The notes below the pieces were generated by a model that saw only the letters and a program-made list of their open reading frames with translations, was not told where the DNA came from and did no database searches. A DNA stretch of 60,692 nucleotides, filler included, from Pirum gemmata (Eukaryota), in the NCBI GenBank assembly GCA_002812295.1. It is 10 parts of 10 records of this genome, joined end to end, with 100 filler letters (N's around TTAATTAATTAA, not from the genome) between each part and the next. Parts side by side here need not be neighbours in the genome. Positions count along the whole stretch, not along the records: positions 37,146 to 42,862 come from PDIN01000426.1; positions 42,963 to 48,765 come from PDIN01000427.1; positions 48,866 to 54,715 come from PDIN01000428.1; 7 more parts are not named here. One strand, written 5' to 3'. A program made the translations under genes and the position numbers. Below are positions 39,587-51,462 of the stretch, piece by piece (position 1 is the first letter of the stretch; every line of letters begins with the position of its first letter).

Positions 39587-41064
39587 TTAGCTGGGAGACC
39601 CAAATGACAGGATGAGGAAAGACTAGCAGGGTAAACTGCGGGGTCTAGATCCTTATCTGGGAGACCCAAATGAAAATAGAAGGATGTAGGTGGGGTATTG
39701 TGTTTAATACTGAGTGGTATTAGTGTTTGTTTTAATACTATGGGGTGTCAAACTGTAAATAGGCTTGTATAAGTCCTATATGTGTAAGGCTAGTGTAAAT
39801 CCTTTGTGTGTGTATGGTATTGTATGATATCAGTTTGTTTGTGTGTCACTGTGTGGTAACAAGTCTATAAGTTTGAAAAAGGCATTTGTTGTTTTAGTTC
39901 AAAATAAAAATCCGAATTATTAAATATATAATATTAATTATGACTAATGAGATCAGGGAGAGAGGACTTCTCAACCGGTGGTCCGATGATGGTGCTTATG
40001 CACATGGGTATGGTGGTACATTGGTATACAACATTGGTTCATTATAATTAATTAGTTGTTTGTATAGTTAATATATATATATTGTTACAACTATACTTTT
40101 CTAACAAGCATTGTATGATGATTAGGGTTAAAGTAAACATGTATTTATATATTATGTACACCGTATACATATATAGTTAAAAGGCTTTCTAGGTTTTAAT
40201 ACTATTAATTTTGTTATTTATTTTACATATTCCAATATTAATACATTTCTGTCTATAATGATAACCACTGATAGATGTAGTATAAATGATATAGCTGGGT
40301 TAGTTATGTATATAAACTAAAATAGTTGGGTATCTACATTTAACTTGTAAGTGGAAGTTGACTGCAGTATTTGAGTAAAACTTTTGTTTTCTAATATTAC
40401 AAATGTAAACGACGCACTATTTCAAAAACGTCATAAATAACATGTTCATCTTCGTGTATTATATAGCTGGGTTAGCCATGTATATACATTATACTGTATA
40501 TATCTTGTTGTCCGCAGATTTGTTGTGCTAGTTGTTTCCTTTGTTATATAATAATAATTCTTTTCTTGATGAAGTTGACTTAGACGTATTGCCATTATTA
40601 ATAACTAGTACTGTTTTCTTGGTTTTGTCTTGTTTGAGGATCTTTGTGTTCAAATAGTTGTTCTTGTTTTTCAAATCGATTATATGGTTCACAAAGAAGT
40701 AAAGTCAAACCAAATTGTGATTCACTCACCTTAATTTGTTTATATATGATCCTAGAATTATATTATATAGAGTATATAAAATTATTTTATAATATATTTA
40801 TTCTAGTTTTATTCTCCTTTTCTTTATTATTTTTCGGCTAGCTGGCTTGGGATGGGCTGCTACAGTGCTCAGCTACAGTGCTGCTACTCAGCTGTAGACT
40901 AGCTATCATGATACTAGCTAGCTAGCAGTATCGATAGCTTATATAATAAATAGTCTACTCTAGTTAGTAGAATTATTAGTTACAAATTTTTTTATTATGG
41001 TCTACTACTAAAGTCTATTTAATTTAGCCTAGCTAGACTGGTAAAATAGACTAAAATAGTCTAT

Positions 41065-41136
41065 AGGGTTGTGATTACCGGAGGCGCAGGGTTGTGATAA
41101 CCGGAGGCGCAGGGTGGTGATAACCGGAGGCGCAGG
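41065..41136. repeat. 23-bp GC-rich minisatellite x3
   Basis: AGGGT(T/G)GTGAT(T/A)ACCGGAGGCGC repeated three times. Confidence 0.9.
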
Positions 41137-43093
41137 TTTATAGACTTTGGGAGTTGGTTATAATTATATATTATAATGAAATACGTATACATATTATGAT
41201 ATTATAATATCATTACATAATGATAGTTGTCTAGTAAAGTTATAATAATATTATCTCATTAGTTTTAGCTAGTTATCATACTATTATTATTGTTTTATCG
41301 TATGTGTGCATATTCTTCCATCACAGTCCAGCACGCTAGTTCAAAATTAGCTATATTATTGTATAATTTCCGGTCCACTTGGTTATTTAATTAATTAAGT
41401 ATACATACATTAATTAATATGTGTATATTATATTAATACACATTCATATTAATAGGTTTTCTAAGTTAAATATGTTGTGTTGCAGTTGGTATAAAAAGCC
41501 AGTGTTCGAACTGGTACAGGTCATAAGTATTAGTTTCGATAATACTATATTGATATATTAATAAGTATATATACATATACGGATAAGTTTTGCTTGGGGA
41601 TGACTGTAACTATAGTTTGTGTTAATTTTTGTAGCAACTATATTAATGATATTATATATATAATTTAGTGTATAATTATGGTATATATACACTGGTGGCT
41701 GCATAAAAATATAGAAGCACAGTATCATAATATTGTTAGGTTCATATCATTAAGTTATCATAATAATATTTTCAAACGTACTTATTTACTTATGATAATC
41801 AATGGTACTTCTTCTGGTGTTTATGGACATTGTATCATGTAGACTAGTCTAACTTGTTCTCAACACAGAAGTCAGGTTCTCATCAAAAAGTAGACCTAGT
41901 CTACTGCAATCATTTAGTTATTATATGGCTGGTAGATGTACCTTTTAACTTGGCATTTTATATTCTATTATGATGGATATGGCCCAGATTTGGCCTCTTT
42001 GGGCTCAATATTTGAATAATTTGGCCTGTTTGAAACCCACCTAGCTAGCTAGCTCGCTACTGGATGGATTGCAGGATTGTTTTCTTTCATTTTTGAGGAT
42101 TCAAGGTAGTCTGACTGTAGTCTGTATAGTTTAGATAGTTTAGCCGCTGCTAGTCAGTGCTAGTCGTAATCAAAATAGTTTCCTTTTTGTGGCCGATGAG
42201 TCTGGTTGATGGAGTCTTGTTGGTGTGTTGAAGGTGGTCAAGTCCAGGTAGACTCTGCTTGTTTTAGAGATAGCTTTATTGTGGGCCTTGTTTATTAAGC
42301 TGGCTGTGGCTTAGCAGTATTTTATTGCAGAGTGGGTAGCTGAGTGGGTCTCTAGCTAGACTGTCTCTAGCTAGTAGGTAAATGATAATAACAGCAGATA
42401 GTCTAGCTAGCTAGCTAATGCTACAAATAGCTAGTAGTCTACTCTCTAGTCTAACTTCTAGTAGTCTAGTCTACTGCTCATACTGGGGTCTAGGCATTCT
42501 GGGTCCAGCTAGCTAGGTCTGGGGGCTGTCTCAGCCTGTCTGGAGTCTGGACTCTGGAGACTCTGGATTAGTAGATGCTCTTGCTATCTAGAGCGTTTTT
42601 TTTCTTGATCGTTTTCTGTGATCTGATTGGCTTCTGAGCCGGGGTTTTCAGGTTTTGTAGTCTGTTTTGTTTGATGTCTTGTGTTTCCTCGCCGCCTTGT
42701 TTTTTTATTTTTTATTGAAATTATTTGAGTCTAGACTTTTGGGCTTTCTGGCCCCGAAGTCTTGACTGGGGGCATGTCACTTTTAGTGAGTAGTTCTACG
42801 AGCCGAACCTACGTGTGACGTCACACAGGTTAATCCGGATATGACATCACCAGGTGTTTATGNNNNNNNNNNNNNNNNNNNNNNNNNNNNNNNNNNNNNN
42901 NNNNNNTTAATTAATTAANNNNNNNNNNNNNNNNNNNNNNNNNNNNNNNNNNNNNNNNNNNNATAATAACCAATAACTAGTGTTAACAAATAATTTAGCT
43001 AGAAAGAAGTCTAAAAAAAAATGGTTTCTAGCTTTCTACAGTTTTATCCGGCTTGGTTGTTCAAAAAAAAATAATAAATAAATAAATAAATAA

Positions 43094-43127
<34 letters not shown>

Positions 43128-43295
43128 TCATAATAATACTATTTATATAAAAGTAATCATTTTTTTTTTTCACAAAACCAAAAACAAAACAAAAGCAAAA
43201 AACAAAAAAACAAAAAACAAAACAAAAAACAAAAAACAGAACAACAAAACAAATTTTTTTATTATTAAATAATAATAAAAATAATAAAAGCAAAC

Positions 43296-44111
43296 ATGCA
43301 GTTTATTTTATTAGGCTCATTATCATTATTAATATTATTGGTATTTTCTCAACAAACCCAAGCGTTGACAGCAAAAGACATGCAGGGTAGTAAACGACAT
43401 AGAGCACGAACACGAAGGACGTGGGGTCATCATTCAAAGGGAGGTGGAGGGTCGATGACTTCATTGTTAGGTGGTTTAGGTGGTATGGGTGGTATGGGTG
43501 GTCATAATCATGGATTTGGAGGTAGTAAATGCGCTCCATGCGTTCCACAACAAACTGTTTGTCCACCACAACCTGTTTTAGGTCAAGTATCAAACTGCCC
43601 AAGTAATTTACAGAAGACGATTGATGATAATCAACGTTTACAAGACAGAGTAAAGGAACTGGAACAAACATTAAGAGCCAAAGAACAAGAAGTAAGCGTC
43701 TGTAGAGAAAAGATTAATAAGTTAACCACTGATTCTCAAATCACTAAAATAAAAAATACAGATGACAAAAAAATTGCAAAAATGGAATGTGAAAGTGAAA
43801 AGAAAGATACAGTTACGCAATGTGAAACTCAAGCTCAAAATATCATTCGAGATACGAAAGCGGGACTTGAAAAAGAAATTAAAAAATATAAAACAGACCA
43901 TGAAACTTGTGTAAAAGAAAAACAACAGGATAGAATGGATCATTTAACTGAATTGCAAAAAATTAAAACTCAACATTTAAATGACAAAAAAGACGCACTT
44001 AAAACTGCATGTTCTGTATGTCCCTCATCTCCTATGGATCCTGCGCCAAAACCTTCATCTCCAAAGCCTTCAAAGGACCCTGCGCCAACTCTCACCCCAG
44101 ATCCAATCTAG
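43296..44111 (+). CDS. Intronless secreted protein: signal peptide, Gly-rich linker, Cys-spaced coiled coil, Pro-rich tail
   Basis: 271-aa ORF with hydrophobic N-terminus MQFILLGSLSLLILLVFSQQTQA and a heptad-like K/E-rich core. Confidence 0.85.
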   Translation: MQFILLGSLSLLILLVFSQQTQALTAKDMQGSKRHRARTRRTWGHHSKGGGGSMTSLLGGLGGMGGMGGHNHGFGGSKCAPCVPQQTVCPPQPVLGQVSNCPSNLQKTIDDNQRLQDRVKELEQTLRAKEQEVSVCREKINKLTTDSQITKIKNTDDKKIAKMECESEKKDTVTQCETQAQNIIRDTKAGLEKEIKKYKTDHETCVKEKQQDRMDHLTELQKIKTQHLNDKKDALKTACSVCPSSPMDPAPKPSSPKPSKDPAPTLTPDPI

Positions 44112-44807
44112 AAAAAAAAATATTCTGAAAAATTACATTGTATGTAAAAATTGTTAGTAGTAAGAACTAAAATATGCTTGCAAAAATTTATGTATATTAT
44201 AATGGTTATTTATAATCTTTAAAATTGACTATTATTGCAACATAGTTTCGTGATAAATATACATATTAGGTATATTACAACGTAGTTTCGTGATGAATAG
44301 CATTGCCATTATAATTTGGTTATTTGTGAATAATTTGGCTATTTATAAAAGAACATAGGTTTGCCATTATAATTTGGTTATTTGTGAATAATTTGGCTAT
44401 TTATAAAAGAACATAGGTTTGTGATGAATAGCATTGTCATAATTTGGTTATTTATATTCTTTTAAAATAAATTCACTTTTTAAAAATAAAAAATAGATAA
44501 TAAAACATACCAATTGGTTAATTGTGAGTTTTAGAATTAATTATTTTTAATAACAATAAAAACAAATGAGTAGCATTGTCATGATAATTTGGTTATTTGT
44601 AATCTTTAAAATTGACTATCAGTATCGTATGAATTTATAATCTTTAAAAATAACATAGTTTCGTAATGAATAGCATTGTCATAATTTGGATATTTATCTA
44701 CATACCAGTTTGTTACTATTTATTGTACATTAATTTTTTACAATTAATTATTTTTAATAACAACAAAAACAAATTAAAACTTTAAACATTCCATTATTAC
44801 AACGTTA

Positions 44808-47231
44808 TTAGAACGTAGTTTCGTGATAAATAGCATTGGCATGACAATTTTCAGAAGTTTGATACAAAGGATTCGAATCCATATTATTAAACATCTCTTC
44901 ATACGAGTACGATGGATCAGTTTTTTCAGCAAGTGCTTTTTTAAGGTAAAGCCCAGCTGCCACCGCGGCCCCTAATACCGCAGCACCTGCACTACTAACA
45001 CCGACAATGAGTTCAACATTAACTGAGTTATGACTACCTTCTTCTTCGGCCACTGGAATAGGAACAGGTGTACTTGTATTAGTTGAAGTAGAGGTAGTGG
45101 TAGTGGTAGTAGTAGTAATAGTAGTAGGTATAACAGAACTAGTACTAGTACTACTACTATTGGTACTTCTACTACTACTACTATGCAAACAGTCCCTTTC
45201 CTGTTCCAACTCTGGACATTGTTCCAACGAAGCAGTATTGGTAATTTCTCTTGTACGTGTACCCCCATCTTCACAATTTGCCCACTCACTCCACTCACTA
45301 ATTTCACAGTTAATTGTACACAATGTTGTGGAAACATTAACTATTTGTTTTGAAATTTCATTAAAATCTGCCACCAAAAACACATATTTTTCCTGACCAG
45401 AAATGGCTAAAAGTTGCTCTTTATTAACTAGGTTCCCTATTCCAAAAGTCAAGATAATATAACCTTTGCTCCTTAGCTCCATGGCTCTTTTCACGACGTT
45501 ATCATCATCAGTTTGATCGTTAGCTTCCCCATCTGTCATTATCAAAATCACTTTACTTAAATTCTCTTCATCCAATCTCTGATTTCTATTGGGTGTTTCA
45601 AAAATTTCATTGGCTATTCGATTGAGTGCATTTCCTAAAAAGGTATTTCCTTGAGACATATCGTTAGTGGAATATTGCATTGTCTCTAAACTTTGGTCAA
45701 GATGGGCTGCGTTAGCGGAATCATCACTGTTAAAATCGCCGTGAATTTGGAATAAATGATTAAAAGTCGCCAAACCTATATTTACTTCACCACTTTTTAA
45801 AGGTAAATTATACACTAATTCTTTCGCTAGGTTTTTCATTTGGCCAAAATTTTCCTTGCCAATTTGATGCGATCTATGCCCGTTTTTATTTTCAGCAATG
45901 CTTGCACTTTTATCGAACAAAATAACAAGATCAGCGGTCATATTACAACGTTGGTTAGTGTCACCGTTAGAAGCACAAGGAATAGAGCATTTTCGAGTAA
46001 GCGGTGGAGGAGTATCACAATTACTTGAAATTACCGTTTTGTTTTGAAAACCAACTTTATACCCACAAGTAATTTCATTCGAATTCGTTATAGTACTAGT
46101 GAGAGCGCAAACGGACCAGCTGGACCATTCTACTTTGCAACAAATTGGTAATTGTATTTCACAATCTCTGCTATTCTTGACGGATGAAGGACAATAGGTT
46201 CCTTTATATACTTTTTCTCTTTCTTGTTTCCCCCGAATTTTGCTTCCATCTTCAGAGCATTTTAACTGTTTATCTTGCCAATTAACTGCAACACAAGCAC
46301 CCCACTCTGACCATTGAGTAGCTAAATCACAATTTTCTCCACAAGTAGTGGAACATGATCTCCAATAAATCGCAGAACCCGCTGGTGGATTAATATGATA
46401 ACATCCATCTATTCTCTCTCGTTCTTGTGAGCCTTGCACTTCGTCCCCAATGTTACAGTGTTGGTAATTATTTGGCTTACATTCTGTCCAGTCTTTAAAA
46501 CCAAAATTAGGGCATTCACCACAATTTTGCAATGCACACCTTTGCTCTCGAATAGTTTCCTCATGATTAGGGCATTGAGTACCTCTGCAAGTTTGCTTAA
46601 TAGCTTGAGTACCCTGACAAGAATCATCCTCATCGTTATTACTAATATCCTTTTCGCATTCTCCCACTTCCTTATGCACAATACAATCACCAACACATGG
46701 TTGTCGAGACTCACCATTGTTGACATTCTGACAATCACTACCTTCGTACACCACAGTTTGTTTCATTATTCCAACACATCTATTATCATAACCTGATCTC
46801 AGTGGTTGTTCAACGACACAATTTCCATTGCTTACTCTTTTTGAACATTGACAAGGTTTTTGTCCACACCTTTCTCTAGTGTGTAAAGAAGGACAACTAA
46901 TCCCTGGAACAGTTACACTTCTTGAGCGCGTTCTATAACCAACCAAATGGTTTTGATTTCCATTACAAACACCACTATAACTGCACGCAGACCAACTTGT
47001 CCAACTTCCAACTACGCAATTTCGTTCGCATTTGTCTCCGATTAAAACTGTACCACGTGGACAATTTATGTTAACACAAATGTTTCCTTCGAGCTTCATG
47101 CCTGGTCTACATTGTATTGGTACGCAATTATCAGCGACAAGCTGAGTTCCAGATGGACAAGTTTTACCATAAACAATAATTGAACTGCAAGCAGCAATTA
47201 ACAGAAAAAAATATTTTATTAATAAACACAT
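44808..47231 (-). CDS. Type I membrane adhesion receptor: signal peptide, Cys-rich repeats, several TSP1-like repeats, vWA domain, TSP1, S/T stalk, TM, NPLY/NAIY tail
   Basis: 807-aa intronless ORF. W..W..C...R.R motifs; vWA ADLVILFDKSAS (MIDAS DxSxS), GNTFLG.AL and VILIMTDG; TM LIVGVSSAGAAVLGAAVAAGLYL followed by KK; tail SNPLYQTSENCHANAIY. Confidence 0.93.
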   Translation of the reverse strand: MCLLIKYFFLLIAACSSIIVYGKTCPSGTQLVADNCVPIQCRPGMKLEGNICVNINCPRGTVLIGDKCERNCVVGSWTSWSACSYSGVCNGNQNHLVGYRTRSRSVTVPGISCPSLHTRERCGQKPCQCSKRVSNGNCVVEQPLRSGYDNRCVGIMKQTVVYEGSDCQNVNNGESRQPCVGDCIVHKEVGECEKDISNNDEDDSCQGTQAIKQTCRGTQCPNHEETIREQRCALQNCGECPNFGFKDWTECKPNNYQHCNIGDEVQGSQERERIDGCYHINPPAGSAIYWRSCSTTCGENCDLATQWSEWGACVAVNWQDKQLKCSEDGSKIRGKQEREKVYKGTYCPSSVKNSRDCEIQLPICCKVEWSSWSVCALTSTITNSNEITCGYKVGFQNKTVISSNCDTPPPLTRKCSIPCASNGDTNQRCNMTADLVILFDKSASIAENKNGHRSHQIGKENFGQMKNLAKELVYNLPLKSGEVNIGLATFNHLFQIHGDFNSDDSANAAHLDQSLETMQYSTNDMSQGNTFLGNALNRIANEIFETPNRNQRLDEENLSKVILIMTDGEANDQTDDDNVVKRAMELRSKGYIILTFGIGNLVNKEQLLAISGQEKYVFLVADFNEISKQIVNVSTTLCTINCEISEWSEWANCEDGGTRTREITNTASLEQCPELEQERDCLHSSSSRSTNSSSTSTSSVIPTTITTTTTTTTSTSTNTSTPVPIPVAEEEGSHNSVNVELIVGVSSAGAAVLGAAVAAGLYLKKALAEKTDPSYSYEEMFNNMDSNPLYQTSENCHANAIYHETTF

Positions 47232-47483
47232 TTCTTTGTTGTTGTTGATGATGTTATAGTTGTTGTTATTGTTATTGTTGGTTTATTGGGTTTAATTATA
47301 TTTTTTGTTTTTGTTTTTGTTTTTTTTATTAATATTATAATAAAAACTAAAAGTAATGATAATATTTCAATTTAGATTTAATTTTCATTATTAATATTGT
47401 TTTAAAATATACTAACTTATTTTTTGTTCTTATTTATACATTCAAAATTTTAGAGTCCTGCGTATACACAAATAATACCAATA

Positions 47484-47542
<59 letters not shown>

Positions 47543-47549
47543 TAAATAC

Positions 47550-48326
47550 CGGCTTGGGATTTTTGACCCATGATATCACCACCCCATTGTTTACGATGTT
47601 CGTTCCATTTCTCAGTAAATTTAGCGTCAACAGCTTCTGTTAATTTATTGAAAGAGTCTTTGTCTTGGTCACGAATATCAGTGAAACAAACGGCGGAAGC
47701 TGTTTTAAGGTGAACCAAAGAACCTAATCTTGCTTTACCTAAAAAACGTCAAAAACAACAATACATTATAAATACATGTATATGAATATCATTGTTATTC
47801 TTATTCTTATTCTTGTTGTTATTCTTGTTATTGCTATTATCATTGTTAATATTATTGTTTTGATTGGTATTGGTATTGGCATTGTTGTTATGGTTATATG
47901 GTTAAGGTATAACAGCTATGATATCTCAGAAAAATATTAAAATTATCGTCACTTAAATTCAGACGATGCGGAATATAAAACAATCATTGAATCAAGCTGT
48001 GCTCTGCAGGTGTTATTGAAATGTAGAAAAACATGCAAAAAATATACCTTTAACTATGCAGTATGGTACACCATATTTGCGGCACAAAGATGGTAACCAT
48101 ACAACCAATTCAATCGGTTCAACATCGTGAGCAATAACAACCAATTTAGCTTTCTTTTGTTCAATAAGAGCAGTAACGTGGTTTAAACCATACTTAATAA
48201 CAATTGGTTTTTTAGCTTCAACAGTTTCACCTTTAGCTTTTGCAGTAGCAGCTTGAGTCAAACGATCTTTCTTTTGTGCTTTGGTTTCAGGACGATAGTT
48301 TGCAGCAAAACGGAACAATTCAGCAG
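47550..48326 (-). CDS. RPL7A: 60S ribosomal protein L7a/eL8, internal exons 48048-48326 and 47550-47738
   Basis: [13 protein letters not shown]...[63 protein letters not shown]...[12 protein letters not shown]. Confidence 0.96.
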
Positions 48327-48552
48327 CTAAAGGAAAATAAAAACCAATTTTAATTAAAAATAATAAAAAGACACGTAACAACTCATATCTATATATAATA
48401 TTACCATAATACGATGATTACATAATATATATATTAACAATAACAATAAGAATTCAACTACAATAATAACAATATCAATATCAATGACAATAACAACGGT
48501 AATAATAAGTATAACAATTACAACAATAATCAATAAGAACAGTAATATTGGG

Positions 48553-48608
<56 letters not shown>

Positions 48609-49085
48609 TGATAATGATAATGATAATAACGATAATAATAATAATAATGATAATAACAATAACAATAATAACAATAATAATAATGGTGATAATGACAAAT
48701 GATAATGATAATGATAATGATAACAATTATAATTATAATTATAATAATGATAATGATAATGATAANNNNNNNNNNNNNNNNNNNNNNNNNNNNNNNNNNN
48801 NNNNNNNNNTTAATTAATTAANNNNNNNNNNNNNNNNNNNNNNNNNNNNNNNNNNNNNNNNNNNNTGTATTTGACCGGAAATTGGCGTTACGTAGTATTT
48901 GAACGCTCCCTTAGCTGGATAGAAAGTGATGGTAACCAAACTTACACCAAAGGTCTTTTCCGGCACGCATTATCTTCCGTCCGCTGCCATGAACCAGAGG
49001 AGAATGTCCGTTGGTGGTGGTGGTGTTGTTGTTGTTGTTGGTGGTGCCGTTGGTTCTTGTTCTTTGCTGTTGTTGTTGGTGGTGG

Positions 49086-49134
<49 letters not shown>

Positions 49135-49225
49135 GGTTGCGATGGTGTTGTGGTGATGGTGATGGTATGATGATGGTGTGATGGTGATGGAGATATGGTG
49201 ATGGTGGTGTTGGTGTTGGTGTTGA

Positions 49226-49262
<37 letters not shown>

Positions 49263-49275
49263 TTATTATTGTTGC

Positions 49276-49324
<49 letters not shown>

Positions 49325-49363
49325 AACGTTGTTGTTGTTGTTGTTGTTGTTGTTGTNNNNNNN

Positions 49364-49458
<95 letters not shown>

Positions 49459-49531
49459 AATTTTGTTGTTGTGGTTGTTGTTGTTTTTAACGTTAACGTT
49501 GTTGTATGGGTTGTTGTTTGTGATTTGATAG

Positions 49532-50007
49532 GTGGTGGTGATCGTGGTGGTGTTGTCGTTACGATCCGTCTCCCTATTCCAGATGTTATCACCAACGTGG
49601 AAATAAAGACATCTGACAACGGAGAAGATTTGCTTGGTTGTCACTGTATTAGAAACAGAATCACAATAACATGGAAGTACACCAGTGACATGAATGAATC
49701 TGCACGCATCTGGATATTCAGAATGGGACCAGGAGATAGAAGTGATATACAATATGAATCACTGGGTAGTGCACAATTAAACTCTGGAAAACATGAGTTT
49801 CAACTTTTAGATAAGAAAGGCAGGTTGGACCTCACTAGCGGAGCTCATGTGTATGGTACCTACATCCAGGGTATAAGGGATGGTATGGCGATAGAGTATC
49901 ACTCACCCTTCTATTATAAAAATTTAGATATAGGAGCTCGTAAAGATATTATTTTGGTGAATAATGATATGACACGAAACCGATGTAAGTTAACACTTGG
50001 TTGCTAA
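49532..50007 (+). CDS. Terminal exon of an unknown beta-rich protein
   Basis: TTTGATAG acceptor after a (GTT)n-filled intron; ~158 non-repetitive codons to TAA. Confidence 0.6.
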
Positions 50008-50395
50008 CTCGTTATCAAAATAACCCTAGCCCTAAACAGTACTATTTTGTATATTTATAGTATTTAACATAATGTAATGTAATGTATTATAGTATAATAG
50101 AATGTAATATAATATAATATACGATATAATAAAATTTGGACACAAGTTTCCTTTCCATGCCCAGATATATATAATCGGGTATTATATATGATATTTTGTT
50201 TTTTTAATTATTATTGTTATTCTATTCTAATAATACTATTAGACACTACAATAGTCTACACATACATCATGAAGTACTATTATTAATTTCAATTACAATT
50301 TATTTATATACAATCATTCTTTTTTATTTTTAAAAACTCACAGTTGGCGAGAAATTACCTGCGACGTTTACTTTTTTTAAAATTAAATTTTACTG

Positions 50396-50486
50396 TCAAG
50401 GTCAAGGTCAAGGTTAAGGTTAAGGTTAAGGTTAAGGTTAAGGTTAAGGTTAAGGTTAAGGTTAAGGTTAAGGTTAAGGTTAAGGT
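50396..50486. repeat. (GGTTAA)n / (GGTCAA)n hexamer tract
   Basis: Directly visible. Confidence 0.95.
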
Positions 50487-51295
50487 TTTCAATGGTTTCG
50501 ATTTTTAGACTATATGTTTTGTTTATTATGTTTGGTTTTCAACTAAAATTCGAGCTTTATTGTTTTTGCTTTTTGTTCTTTTTAACTTGGAAACTCTAAC
50601 GTTCAACGCGTTAAGCTTCTTTTTTTTGTTTTTTTGTTTTTTTTGTTTTTGCTTTTGTTTTTGCTTTTGTTTTTGCTTACGATTAGCTTTATTGTTGTTT
50701 TTGCTTTTTGTTCTTTTTAACTTGGAAATTCTAACGTCCAACGCGTTAAGCTTTCTTTTTTTGTTTTTTTTGTTTTTGCTTTTGTTTTTGTTTTTGTTTA
50801 CGATTAGCTTTATTGTTGTTTTTGTTTTTCTGTTCTTTTAACTTGGAAACTATAGTTCAACGCGTTAGCTTTCTTTCTTCTTTGTTTTTGCTTTTGCTTT
50901 TGCTTTTGCTTTTGTTTACGATTAGCTTAACACCTTCCTCTCGATTAGAATGGTATGTTATATTTATTAATAATTACATACAAATTGCAATTAAACAATA
51001 CTTTTTTGGTATTTTTATTATCACGAAAAATAAAAAAAATATTGTTATTGTTATTGTTATTGTTATTGTTATTGTTATTGTTATTGTTATTGTTATTAAA
51101 TATTATTATTGTTATTGTTATTGTTATTGTTATTGTTATATAAAAATAACAATAACAATTTCCCAAGTTTCTGGAATAGCATCACCATTAGTTTTTTTTG
51201 ACCAGTAACCAATTTTACTAACGTGATAATTATCATTATCATAAAGAAACTCCCATTCATCTCTATCTTAAAACCCATGGATATAACAGAAAATA

Positions 51296-51462
51296 CCGAT
51301 AAATCGCAATTTGCTTACAAAAAAGCAAACATTGTATTAATATCAATAAGTTCAAATCACATCCTTAGAGGGTCAGTTTTCTATTTATGTGCGAATAAGA
51401 AGAGATAACGTGTTCATATTACTAACGTTATTGAAAAACTCCGCACTGCTAAAATTATCGTA
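51296..51462 (-). ncRNA. Putative omegaRNA (guide scaffold) at the element right end
   Basis: Directly after the TnpB stop, the minus strand forms stems GTGCGGA/TTCGCAC, ATAACGT/ACGTTAT and TTTGCTT/AAGCAAA plus a long-range CGATAA/TTATCG pair. The position matches TnpB/Fanzor omegaRNAs. Boundaries are inferred. Confidence 0.65.

Noticed and set aside
41700..42860. Possible retroelement ORF relic on the minus strand
   Set aside because: Coding-like composition, but too degraded to recover any diagnostic motif.
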